NCBI GenBank assembly: GCA_964634365.1
Contig: CAZWJU010000004.1
Coordinates: forward strand, 3,927-67,926
From: an uncultured Candidatus Saccharibacteria bacterium
Lineage (GTDB): Bacteria > Patescibacteriota > Minisyncoccia > Phycocordibacterales > UBA9973
Direction: 5' to 3'
Length of the DNA: 64,000 nucleotides
Position 1 is the stretch's first letter. Every line of letters starts with the position of its first letter. Both the position numbers and the translations under genes were made by a program. Positions 34,983 through 44,447 of this stretch are shown piece after piece. The notes under the pieces are model-generated. The model ran no database searches. It worked only from the letters and a program-made list of their open reading frames with translations, and was not told where the DNA came from.

Positions 34983-35879
34983 ATGGCAAACAGGCACCTT
35001 TCAAGATCAATAGTTCTCCAATCACTCTTTGAGTGGGATTTCAATGGAAAACAGGACGACACAATCGTACCTATATTGAAGCGCAACGAAACTGAATTCG
35101 GTCCGGGTTTAGATGATTTTACATTTATCGAAAATCTAGCTGAATTGGTACTAAAAAAGCGATCAATCATTGATGAAATCATAACCAAAGCTGCTCCGGA
35201 TTGGCCTATTGATAAAATATCAGTTGTAGATAGAAACATATTGAGACTCGGTCTTGCTGAGTTATTATTTGGCAACAGAGAAGAAGTTCCACCAAAAGTA
35301 GCTATCAATGAAGCAATTGAGCTTGCTAAAGCTTTTGGAGGTGAGACATCTAGTAAATTTGTAAATGGAGTTCTAGGTGCTGTATACAAAGAGATAGGAG
35401 AGCCAGGAAAAGAACAAACTTCTAAAAAGAAAAAAGATGATACTCCTGTTGATATAACAAAACTACCTACTGAAAAGAAAGCAGGTGCTGTTATATATGC
35501 TATCCACGATGGTTCTGTATACTTTGCGCTTGTACACGATGTTTTTGGATATTGGACTTTATCTAAAGGCGGAGTAGAAGATGGTGAAGATGAGTCTGTT
35601 GCTGTTGTTCGTGAGATCAAAGACGAAGTAGGTTTGCCTATAATAGTCAAAGAAAAGCTCGGACAAAATGAATATGTTGCTTCACATCCTGAAAAAGGAA
35701 AGATCAGAAAAGAAGTTCACTACTTTTTAGTTGAAGCTCCGTATCAAGAGCTTGTACTGACTTCAAGTGGCGGACTTGATGATGCAAAATGGTTTAGTTT
35801 GAGTCAGATAGGAGATATCAAGACATATGACGATATCTTGCCCCTACTCGCTAAATCTATTGAAAAGATTACAAAATAG
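34983..35879 (+). CDS. nusB: Transcription antitermination factor NusB fused to C-terminal Nudix hydrolase domain
   Basis: N-terminal half has NusB signature KVAINEAIELAKAFGGETSSKFVNGVL. After a Lys-rich linker, C-terminal half carries Nudix box GGVEDGEDESVAVVREIKDEVGL (Gx5Ex7REUxEExGU). Confidence 0.85.
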   Translation: MANRHLSRSIVLQSLFEWDFNGKQDDTIVPILKRNETEFGPGLDDFTFIENLAELVLKKRSIIDEIITKAAPDWPIDKISVVDRNILRLGLAELLFGNREEVPPKVAINEAIELAKAFGGETSSKFVNGVLGAVYKEIGEPGKEQTSKKKKDDTPVDITKLPTEKKAGAVIYAIHDGSVYFALVHDVFGYWTLSKGGVEDGEDESVAVVREIKDEVGLPIIVKEKLGQNEYVASHPEKGKIRKEVHYFLVEAPYQELVLTSSGGLDDAKWFSLSQIGDIKTYDDILPLLAKSIEKITK

Positions 35880-35928
35880 TAAAATCAGGCTTTAGGCTCT
35901 AGAGAATTAGCGCGTCCGCTAGTCACTA

Positions 35929-36648
35929 GTGCCTAGTGCCTTTCTACAAAAAATGATTGATTTCTCTCTTTTTGAAAAGAAGGTTGGGATGACCTTCAAA
36001 GACAAAAACTTGCTAATGCAGGCTTTTGTACATCGTTCATATCTAAACGAAAATCCAAATCTTAGTTTTTCTCACAATGAACGGTTAGAATTTTTAGGTG
36101 ATGCAGTACTCGAGCTGATTATCACAGACTATCTATATAAAAAGTTTTCACAACACAACGAAGGCGAGCTAACTGCTTTTAGAGCAGCTCTTGTGAATGC
36201 GGTAACAATTGCCGAAGTCGCTACTTCAATAGGTATGGGTGAATTTTTGCTTTTATCTAAAGGTGAAGCAAAAGATGTAGGTAAAGCTAGACAATATATA
36301 CTAGCAAACACTTACGAAGCTTTCTTGGGAGCGGTATACTTAGACCAGGGCTACGAAAGCGCTGAGCTTTTTGTATCAAAAACACTGTTTCCTCTGACTG
36401 ATGAGATTGTAAAAAACAAATCTTGGAGAGATCCAAAAAGTCTTGTTCAAGAAAAAGCTCAAGAGTTTGTAGGAGTTACTCCATCTTACAAGGTATTATC
36501 AGAAGCAGGCCCAGATCACGACAAACATTTTACTACTGGTATATTTTTTGGAACAGATTTGATAGCCCAAGGTAAAGGTAAGTCTAAACAAGAAGCAGAG
36601 CAAAAAGCAGCAACTGAAGCATTGAAAGTTAAGAATTGGCTTGATTAA
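35929..36648 (+). CDS. rnc: Ribonuclease III
   Basis: NERLEFLGDAVLELI catalytic signature; C-terminal dsRBD. Confidence 0.9.
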   Translation: MPSAFLQKMIDFSLFEKKVGMTFKDKNLLMQAFVHRSYLNENPNLSFSHNERLEFLGDAVLELIITDYLYKKFSQHNEGELTAFRAALVNAVTIAEVATSIGMGEFLLLSKGEAKDVGKARQYILANTYEAFLGAVYLDQGYESAELFVSKTLFPLTDEIVKNKSWRDPKSLVQEKAQEFVGVTPSYKVLSEAGPDHDKHFTTGIFFGTDLIAQGKGKSKQEAEQKAATEALKVKNWLD

Positions 36649-36675
36649 AATATTTTAAAAAATTGATTTTAAAAA

Positions 36676-38922
36676 ATGTATCTTAAACGTATTGAATTAA
36701 CTGGATTTAAATCTTTTGCCAAGAAAACCGTTCTTGAGTTTTCGGCGCCAGTTACGGCTATAGTTGGGCCAAACGGATCAGGTAAGTCAAACGTAGTTGA
36801 ATCTCTCCGCTTCGTTTTAGGTGAACAATCTATAAAATCAATGCGTGGAAAATCTGGCACAGATTTGATCTTCAAGGGATCGAAAGGTCTCTCTGCTCCA
36901 AATCGTGCTTCTGTAGAGATTGTTTTTGATAATACTAAAAAAATATTTTCTTTTGCAAACAAAGAAGGTGCACCAGAGCTACTTTTTGATGAGGTCTCTA
37001 TATCTCGTGAAGTCTATTCTGATGGACAGAATGTATACAAGATAAATGGTACAGATGTAAGACTTAAAGATATAGTTGAATTGCTTTCTAGTGTTCACAT
37101 AGGTAGCTCGGGTCATCATATGATTTCACAGGGTGAGGCTGATCGAATACTCAATGCTTCTTCAAAAGACAGAAGAGCAATGATTGAAGATGCTCTTGGT
37201 TTAAAAATATATCAATATCGCATAAGAGAAAGTGAAAGAAAATTAGAAAGAACCTCTCTTAATATGAAAGAAATAGCAACTTTACGCCGCGAGATAGGTC
37301 CGCACCTACATTTTCTGAAGAAACAAGTTGAAAAAATTGAAAAAGCAAAAGAAATGCGCGTGGAACTTTCTGGTTTATATGCAGAGTATTTTGCAAATGA
37401 AGCTTTTTACCTAGACAAGGAGAGAAGTAGGGTTCAAATAAAAAAATCTACAATAGCTGCTGAATTAGATAAAATTACACACTCTCTTGGGCTACTTAGT
37501 ACTCCAGATAGTAAGAAAACAAATGATGATGAGATTGCTGTAAGAGAGGCACAGAAAGCTTTACTTGATATAAATACAGAGAGAGATGAAATAATTAGAA
37601 AAATTGCTCGACTAGAGGGACTACTTGAAGCAAAGAAATCTTTATCACAAACAAAAGAGAATACAGAAGATTTGTTGATATCACAATCTGAGGTTAGAAA
37701 AATGCTCGATGAGGTTTCTAGTTCTATTGATGAAGCTATACAAAGACAGTCCAGAGAAGATATTGTCGAAGCTTTGTTGTCTCTAAAAAATCGACTCCAG
37801 TCTTTTGTTTCTTCTGGTGAAAATACAAACACAAAAAACAACGATTTGATTGAGGAAATAAAAATCTTGGAAATTTCTTATGATGAACTCTCTGTTTTAG
37901 AGAAGAACTTATCCGAAGAGAGATCTAAAAAAGAAGCTGTATTAGAAGAAGCGCGTAATATACTTAGAAATAAAGAGAGAGAAGACAGGGAAGGTGAAAA
38001 AGAGCGTTATGAATTAAAACAAAAAGAAACTGAATTGATAGGAGCTCGAGATATACTTTTGGTACAAGAAGAAACACTAAAGAGTCAGGAGGTTTCTTTC
38101 CAGGACGAATTAAAAGAAGCTGAGGTTTTGATTGGTTTTGGAGCTAGTGCTTATGATCCATCTATCGGTAAAGAGGTTAGTAGGATAGACCAAGAAGATG
38201 TACGAAGAAGAATAGAGAGACTAAAGATAAAAATAGAAGACGTTGGTGGTGGAGCTGGTGGCGATATTTTGAAAGAATACGAAGAAACAGTTTCCAGGGA
38301 TCAATTTTTAGCAAAAGAATTGGCAGACTTAGAAAGTAGTATTTTAGAATTAAAGACCCTAATACGTGATTTGCGCGATACTTTGGATGAAGAATTTAAT
38401 TCAGGGATCGAGAAGATAAATGAACAATTCCAAAAGTTTTTTGCATTAATGTTCGGCGGAGGAACTGCTTTCTTGCGTATAATGGTCGAACACAAAGGTG
38501 TTCGTGAATCTGAAGATGAGTACAAAGAAGAAGTCGCTGATGATTCTACTTCAGAACTATTGTTTGAAAGAGGTATTGAGATAAATGTCGCCCTGCCTCA
38601 TAAAAAGGTTAAGGATCTGCATATGTTATCAGGAGGTGAGAGATCTTTAACTTCTATAGCGCTCTTGTTTGCTATGTCTCAGGTTAACCCACCGCCATTC
38701 TTGGTACTGGACGAAACAGATGCAGCGCTCGATGAAGCAAATAGTAGAAAATATGGCGATATGATTGAATCCTTGGCCAAGTATTCTCAGCTGATCGTTG
38801 TTACACACAACAGAGAGACAATGTCTCGTGCAAATATACTTTATGGTGTAACAATTGGTTCTGATGGAGGATCAAAATTACTTTCTATAAAATTTGACGA
38901 AGCTTTGAAAGTTGCTAAATAA
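36676..38922 (+). CDS. smc: SMC-family chromosome segregation ATPase (short, 748 aa)
   Basis: N-terminal FKSF...GPNGSGKSNVVESLRFVLGE Walker A head; C-terminal LSGGERSLTSIALLFA signature and Walker B LVLDETDAALD; coiled-coil middle. Confidence 0.85.
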   Translation: MYLKRIELTGFKSFAKKTVLEFSAPVTAIVGPNGSGKSNVVESLRFVLGEQSIKSMRGKSGTDLIFKGSKGLSAPNRASVEIVFDNTKKIFSFANKEGAPELLFDEVSISREVYSDGQNVYKINGTDVRLKDIVELLSSVHIGSSGHHMISQGEADRILNASSKDRRAMIEDALGLKIYQYRIRESERKLERTSLNMKEIATLRREIGPHLHFLKKQVEKIEKAKEMRVELSGLYAEYFANEAFYLDKERSRVQIKKSTIAAELDKITHSLGLLSTPDSKKTNDDEIAVREAQKALLDINTERDEIIRKIARLEGLLEAKKSLSQTKENTEDLLISQSEVRKMLDEVSSSIDEAIQRQSREDIVEALLSLKNRLQSFVSSGENTNTKNNDLIEEIKILEISYDELSVLEKNLSEERSKKEAVLEEARNILRNKEREDREGEKERYELKQKETELIGARDILLVQEETLKSQEVSFQDELKEAEVLIGFGASAYDPSIGKEVSRIDQEDVRRRIERLKIKIEDVGGGAGGDILKEYEETVSRDQFLAKELADLESSILELKTLIRDLRDTLDEEFNSGIEKINEQFQKFFALMFGGGTAFLRIMVEHKGVRESEDEYKEEVADDSTSELLFERGIEINVALPHKKVKDLHMLSGGERSLTSIALLFAMSQVNPPPFLVLDETDAALDEANSRKYGDMIESLAKYSQLIVVTHNRETMSRANILYGVTIGSDGGSKLLSIKFDEALKVAK

Positions 38923-38960
38923 AAAAACGGAATTTTTAAAAATTCCGTTTTTATTTTTTT
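38922..38960. terminator. Bidirectional rho-independent terminator
   Basis: aaaaaaacggaatttttaaaaattccgtttttattttttt. Confidence 0.75.
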
Positions 38961-39658
38961 ATAAATATTCTGCGATTTCTGTATAGGTGGTAGTGTTTAC
39001 CACCCATCCATCTCGCTTGAGTAATTTTAAAATACCTTTCACATGTTTCTCTCCATAATGAATAAAAATATCTTTATTTGAGTATATTTTAATTTTTTCG
39101 GCAACTATTTGGTTGCGATGGTCTAAAATTACAGGCATCGCTTTTCTGAAAATAAACCAAAATACCAACTTACTAAAAGACCACTTTTTTGAACTATCCA
39201 TCAGTTTTTTTTAGATTGTCTTTTTCTGTAAGATATTCTTTGATTTCTTTCATTTCTTCTTGATTAATATTTGAAAATATTTTCAAAATAGACCTGCATT
39301 TGAATCCATTCTCATCAAGTTTCTGCGTAAGTGTATCAAAAGTTATATCAGCGTTTACCGCACCTTCTGGGTATTTTATTCTCTCTTTCTGTGTCGATAT
39401 GCCAAGACTTTCAGCAAAGACTGGATAGAGGTCAAAAAGAAACATAAAGAATTTTTGTATGTTCTTTTCGTTTTGGTTTAGTTTCCTTTCTGTAGGATAT
39501 TTTTTAATACCTTCAAAGAAAATCTGGTAACCATTTTCTGTTGCCAAATTTATATCATATTGGAGCATTTCATAAAGCTTGTCAGGTCCTATATGTATCA
39601 TGCCCTGTAATACAGCTTTTTGGTTACCTCGTGTCAAAAAAGTTTTTGATAAAAGCAT
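38959..39658 (-). pseudogene. TraB/GumN (Tiki-like) family protein split into two overlapping ORFs (39658..39194 and 39201..38959)
   Basis: Upstream ORF has IHIGPDKLYEML (GxxH-like) region; downstream ORF carries the family C-terminal motif IFIHYGEKHVKGILKLLKRDGWVV (cf. GAAHLxGxxGLxxLL); the two frames overlap by 8 nt. Confidence 0.45.
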
Positions 39659-39773
39659 TATCTAATTTTATTGGTTACCACAAAAGGCAAGTACCTACTT
39701 TGGAAACCAATAAAACGATTTTTAAAAACATCATTTTCTATGTTTTAACATTTATATATTATATTGTCAAATA

Positions 39774-39812
39774 AAAAACTCCGCATCAAGCGGAGTTTTT
39801 TATTTTTTCTAT
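39774..39812. terminator. Bidirectional rho-independent terminator
   Basis: aaaaaactccgcatcaagcggagttttttatttttt. Confidence 0.75.
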
Positions 39813-42022
39813 TGTTTTTTTACTGTTACGTAATTACTGAAAGTACTATTTCCTGAAGTATCATAAGCTTTCGCTCCAACTCTATATGTACCGACAGGTA
39901 ATTGGGCTGTATTCCATGTGGATTTGTAAGGAGCTGTATCATCTGTTGCAATTAGATTTTTTATATCTCCTGTGCTGCCATAATAGAATTCTACCTTCTG
40001 TATGCCGATATTATCTGCTGCGCTTGCTGCTACAGCTGTCGTAGCTCCATTTAGTATGAATTTATCTGCAGGTCCGACTAGTTCGACAGTAGGTGCTTCT
40101 GTGTCACTTTCTGGTTCGTCGGTTACTTCACCCTCATCACAGTTTCCAGTTATATTTTCCAGTATAGTACAACCAGGATTATCTTCTATAATATCTGTAT
40201 TTATAGTTATTGTAGATATTCCAAAAGATGGTATATAGAGATTTGTAATACTTGAGTAAAAGTCGTTTTCTCTTACTGTAACCTCATGTCCGGGATTTAC
40301 AGCGAACTCAGTCTTTCCTCTACTTGCATAGTTTGCGTCTCCATCGATTGAATATAGATTTGCACTAGAGCTATTTAAGTCTACAGTTTCTCCGTCAATT
40401 GTGAGTTCGTCTATGTGTAAAGTTTTGTCTGTGAGATTTGTAAATGCTAAAGCTATGTCTCCATTATCTTTTTTGTATCCATATATTGTTACATCATTTG
40501 GATCTAATCCTGGAGTATTTATTGTAAAAGTAGTTTCAAGTGGTTTGTAGTCGTCTTGAAATATTTCTTTCATAGACATATAAGCAAAGTACGGTGTTCG
40601 TCTTACAAATTCACCAGTATCCTCTGGTTCGCTGTTACCAACTCCTTTTGATACATGTAGATTTATCATTGCGTTTCCACCATCGGTTACATATGTATGT
40701 AAGTTTGCAAATGGAATAAAGTTTCCATTATATGCATTTTGCATATTTATAATATTCATTACATTTGTAACAAAAGCAGCATGAAGTATTGAGTTTGCGT
40801 ATTTTGCATCTGTTCCATTTAGGGGGTCTTGGTTTATGTTCCATTCAGTAAACCACATATTTTTTCCTGGGAAATTTTCTTTATACCAACTAAATATTAC
40901 AGGTAATCTTACTGTTCCGTTTGGTCCTTCTACTGTATTTCGTAGATCGCGTATTTCTTCGAGTCCACATGCAAATATAGAATCTCTATCTCCTGTGGCA
41001 ATTTCATCTTCACAGCTATTGAAAGGTGCGTAGAAGTGAACAGTGTAATTGTCATATCCATGCTCGTTCATTTTTGTTGCTAGGGAAATATTCCATTCTG
41101 TATTGAAATCACTAGCTTCCCATTCCGCCCCTTCTTCAAAATTCTTTTTTGGAGCAGCTGAAACCGCAAACGGTATTCCAGGATGTGAAGCAAGTATTAG
41201 ATCTCTGTAAGTATCACAAGTGTCTAGATATTCTTCCACGGATAGAGGAGCATTTATCGTTGGGTTGCCTGGATTGTACCAAGGGTGAGTTTTTGCGTAT
41301 GCTTCGTTACCGCATTCTATACCAATTATTTGTACACCTTCTTCTATCAAGAAATCTATTTTCTCCAATTCTGCTTGTGGTGTTGAATATCTTAGATTTA
41401 AAACAAACATAGATTTAGAATTTCCTGCATCTAATATATCAACGTAATCTCTAATAAAATTACGAGATTTTGTATTTTGGAATCCTTCTAAATAAGATAG
41501 ATTCCCATATCTAGGTTTTGTTGCTAGAAGTTGGTCTAGTTCTCCAGTGTTTCCATTAGCCTCTTCATCCTCTCTGTCTGCAATAATAAATCCATTTCCG
41601 CGGATTTCGTTTCCAGGAGCAAGATTTGCTATTTCAGCTGCAGAGAGCCTGCCTGTTTCTAGGTATGTAGTCTTAAAATGATAATAACTTACTTCGCCTC
41701 CGGCAAAAAATCTAGCATAGTAAGGCTCTAGGTCACTAGTAAAGTCTTCTATAGTAGATAGCCATCCATCAGCAACACCGGCTTCATCTAAAAGCTTTGC
41801 CATATGAATACCATATATCCCTGGTTCTACAGAATCAGCCCCTCCAATTGAATTTAAATTTATACTTATTGTGGCTACATCTTCTGGGTTTACTAGTGCT
41901 TTTAGATAACTGCTTCTGTTTATTGCAAATTGACCTATAAAATAACCTGCTCCAATAACAAGCACAACCAGAAAAAGACTTTTGATTGAGTTATATTCTG
42001 GATCTTTTAAAAAATTTTTCAT
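39809..42022 (-). CDS. Membrane-anchored extracellular TIM-barrel glycoside hydrolase (clan GH-A-like) with C-terminal Ig-like domain
   Basis: N-terminal TM; IECGNEAY (NEP-like acid/base) and WFTEWN (nucleophile-like) spaced as in GH-A (beta/alpha)8 hydrolases; C-terminal APTVELVGPADK...YRVGAKAYDTSGNS Big/Ig-like domain. Confidence 0.55.
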   Translation of the reverse strand: MKNFLKDPEYNSIKSLFLVVLVIGAGYFIGQFAINRSSYLKALVNPEDVATISINLNSIGGADSVEPGIYGIHMAKLLDEAGVADGWLSTIEDFTSDLEPYYARFFAGGEVSYYHFKTTYLETGRLSAAEIANLAPGNEIRGNGFIIADREDEEANGNTGELDQLLATKPRYGNLSYLEGFQNTKSRNFIRDYVDILDAGNSKSMFVLNLRYSTPQAELEKIDFLIEEGVQIIGIECGNEAYAKTHPWYNPGNPTINAPLSVEEYLDTCDTYRDLILASHPGIPFAVSAAPKKNFEEGAEWEASDFNTEWNISLATKMNEHGYDNYTVHFYAPFNSCEDEIATGDRDSIFACGLEEIRDLRNTVEGPNGTVRLPVIFSWYKENFPGKNMWFTEWNINQDPLNGTDAKYANSILHAAFVTNVMNIINMQNAYNGNFIPFANLHTYVTDGGNAMINLHVSKGVGNSEPEDTGEFVRRTPYFAYMSMKEIFQDDYKPLETTFTINTPGLDPNDVTIYGYKKDNGDIALAFTNLTDKTLHIDELTIDGETVDLNSSSANLYSIDGDANYASRGKTEFAVNPGHEVTVRENDFYSSITNLYIPSFGISTITINTDIIEDNPGCTILENITGNCDEGEVTDEPESDTEAPTVELVGPADKFILNGATTAVAASAADNIGIQKVEFYYGSTGDIKNLIATDDTAPYKSTWNTAQLPVGTYRVGAKAYDTSGNSTFSNYVTVKKQ

Positions 42023-42086
42023 ATAGAATTAAACACGTTTCTAAGCGAATAATACGACGGTCTAATTATACCAGATAAAAGTAACT

Positions 42087-44435
42087 TTATGGGTAATCCA
42101 AGATTTCTTGGGGTTGAAAATAAGAGTTCAGTTTGACAAGTTTTTTTTGATAGCTTTCTAGCTTATCTCCAGAGAAACTGACTTCCACTATTAGGCCTTG
42201 CATTGTTTCTTCTGAGAAGTATTGATCAAATATTAGGTTTCCAAGACTGTACATTATTAGCGCTCCTTTATATTCCTCTGTATCTTGTATGACATGAGGG
42301 TGGTGTCCTACAACTAACTCAGCACCGTTTTCTACTGCTTTATAAGCTAAAGTTTTTTGTCGTGCGTTATGTTCTGAATATTCAGTACCCCAGTGAAAAG
42401 ATACAGCTAGTATATCTACTTTTTGATTTGCGTTTCTTATTATATTTTCCAAATCTGGATCGCTTGCTATCAATATTCCAGATGAAGTATCTGTAGCCTT
42501 TACCCAATCTGGGCCAACATCAGAGAATCCCAAGAACCCAATTTTTAATCCATTTTTTTCTATTATTGTTGGCTCTATTGCGACAGGTCGATTGCTTCCA
42601 GCACCTGTGTATTTTATTCCAGATTCTCTTAGTCTTGATAGAGTGTCATTGAAAGCGCTTTTATTCCAGTCGCCGACATGGTTGTTTGCAAAAGATACAA
42701 TATCTATGCCCGCATACCTCATAACATCTAAAACTTTAGGGTCCATGCGAAAAGAATATTTACTTCCTACATTGTTGCCGGTGTCCGATACTGGCCCTTC
42801 AAGATTTATGAAACTTATATCTGCTTCTTTTAAGGGAATTAGATTTTCGAACAATCTAGAATAATCTCCTGCAAAATTTCTATCTACAGAACTTTTTACA
42901 CCTCTATCTAGCATCACATCTCCACCAAAAGCTAGTTTTACTTTTCTACTTGGTTCTTCTGTGCTCTCTACTATTTCGACAGGTCTATTAGCTCCTCTGT
43001 ATACATTTTTTCTTAAGTAGCCAAGTAGTTCATTTGTATCTCCATATCTGTCTGAGCTTTGCAATAATATTATTGCAATTGTTCTGTTTTCAAATTCTGA
43101 TATAGGTACATCAAATAGTGCAACAATCGTTTCTTTTGCAGGGTTTGTATAACCAGTTTTTCCTCCAGCATAATTTTCTTCTCCCAGATATCTATTTGTA
43201 TTTACCCATGTATGAGTTCCATTGGAATATTTTTCTAACTTAGTTATGTCGTATACATAGTGCTTGAACTCGTGTATATATCTAGCCATCTTAAACAAAT
43301 CTCTAGCTGTCGATATGTTGTTTTCTGATAATCCACTTGGGTCATCAAAATTTGTTTGCATTAGGCCAATAGAAGAAGCTTTAGTGTTCATTGCGCGCAT
43401 AAAATAATTGCGCCCGACTTGTTCGGCAATTATTTCTGCAGAGTCGTTTGAAGATTCTAAAAGAAGAGGGAACAGGAGATCGCTATTTTTTATTTTTTCT
43501 CCTATATAAAAACCACCATTTTCTCCATAAGTAGAAAGAGCTTTTTTTGATACAGTGGACATTCCGCGTTGGTGAACTACGTCTAGCGCTGTTAGTGCAG
43601 TCATGAGTTTTGATACAGAGGCAATAGGGTGGACTTCATCCATATTTTTTTCCAAGATAATATCTCCCGAAGAAACATCTCCCACTATATATGCACTAGC
43701 CGAGACTTTTGGTAGTAGTTTTGGATTTTTCAAAAAGTAAGGAGATGATTCTCCTACGGAAGTTGGTTCTTCGCTTGTGGTGCTGTATATAGAAACAGTT
43801 GTTCCTATGTCTGCCCATTCATACAAAGCTTTTGCGTCCGATGTGTCTAATCTTATGCATCCGCCTGAATATCCTATGTCTGCTAGAGGTTTACCCAAAT
43901 TATCCACTGGCCATCCGTGGATAAAATAGTTTCCAAAAAATTGCATGCTCCATGGCATCCAAACTTTACCAAAACTTGAAAGATGATTTTCTTCTTTGTA
44001 TAAAACACTATACTTTCCTCCTGGTGTCTCCCAATAAGAACCTGTTTTTCCTTTTGATAGGACTGGAATATTTTTTATTATTTTTCCGTCTTCATATTGA
44101 GTAAGCTCCATACTCTCAAGATTTATGCGGATTACTTTTCCTGTTTCTGGAGGTGTATACATTCCATCGCTTATATTTCCAAGTGCTATTTCTACAGGCG
44201 AAAGATTGCTCTCGCTCTGTTCATTTTCTTGTGTAAAATTTTCTCCCAATACATCGTTGTCTATACCACGAATTTTGTCGCCCAATATGCTCAGTTGTTC
44301 ACTGAAAGCTTTAACTGATGTAAGAGCTCGCAGAGATCCTTGAAATATAAAAATAGCAATTAGTATCCCACACAAAACAGACCCGATTGTTAGTCCGGAT
44401 ACGAGAAAAACTTGTTTTACTCTTTTTCTTTGCAT
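42087..44435 (-). CDS. Triple-domain cell-wall enzyme: L,D-transpeptidase (YkuD) + D-Ala-D-Ala carboxypeptidase (S11/PBP5-like) + CapA/PGA_cap metallophosphatase domain
   Basis: N-terminal TM. YkuD motif IHGWP...YSGGCIRL. Serine peptidase motifs ASVSKLMT (SxxK), ESSND (SxN), GGKTGYT (KTG). CapA motifs LAFGGDVMLDRGV, ANNHVGDW, GHHPHVIQ. Confidence 0.8.
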   Translation of the reverse strand: MQRKRVKQVFLVSGLTIGSVLCGILIAIFIFQGSLRALTSVKAFSEQLSILGDKIRGIDNDVLGENFTQENEQSESNLSPVEIALGNISDGMYTPPETGKVIRINLESMELTQYEDGKIIKNIPVLSKGKTGSYWETPGGKYSVLYKEENHLSSFGKVWMPWSMQFFGNYFIHGWPVDNLGKPLADIGYSGGCIRLDTSDAKALYEWADIGTTVSIYSTTSEEPTSVGESSPYFLKNPKLLPKVSASAYIVGDVSSGDIILEKNMDEVHPIASVSKLMTALTALDVVHQRGMSTVSKKALSTYGENGGFYIGEKIKNSDLLFPLLLESSNDSAEIIAEQVGRNYFMRAMNTKASSIGLMQTNFDDPSGLSENNISTARDLFKMARYIHEFKHYVYDITKLEKYSNGTHTWVNTNRYLGEENYAGGKTGYTNPAKETIVALFDVPISEFENRTIAIILLQSSDRYGDTNELLGYLRKNVYRGANRPVEIVESTEEPSRKVKLAFGGDVMLDRGVKSSVDRNFAGDYSRLFENLIPLKEADISFINLEGPVSDTGNNVGSKYSFRMDPKVLDVMRYAGIDIVSFANNHVGDWNKSAFNDTLSRLRESGIKYTGAGSNRPVAIEPTIIEKNGLKIGFLGFSDVGPDWVKATDTSSGILIASDPDLENIIRNANQKVDILAVSFHWGTEYSEHNARQKTLAYKAVENGAELVVGHHPHVIQDTEEYKGALIMYSLGNLIFDQYFSEETMQGLIVEVSFSGDKLESYQKKLVKLNSYFQPQEILDYP

Positions 44436-44447
44436 TTATTTTTTTGA

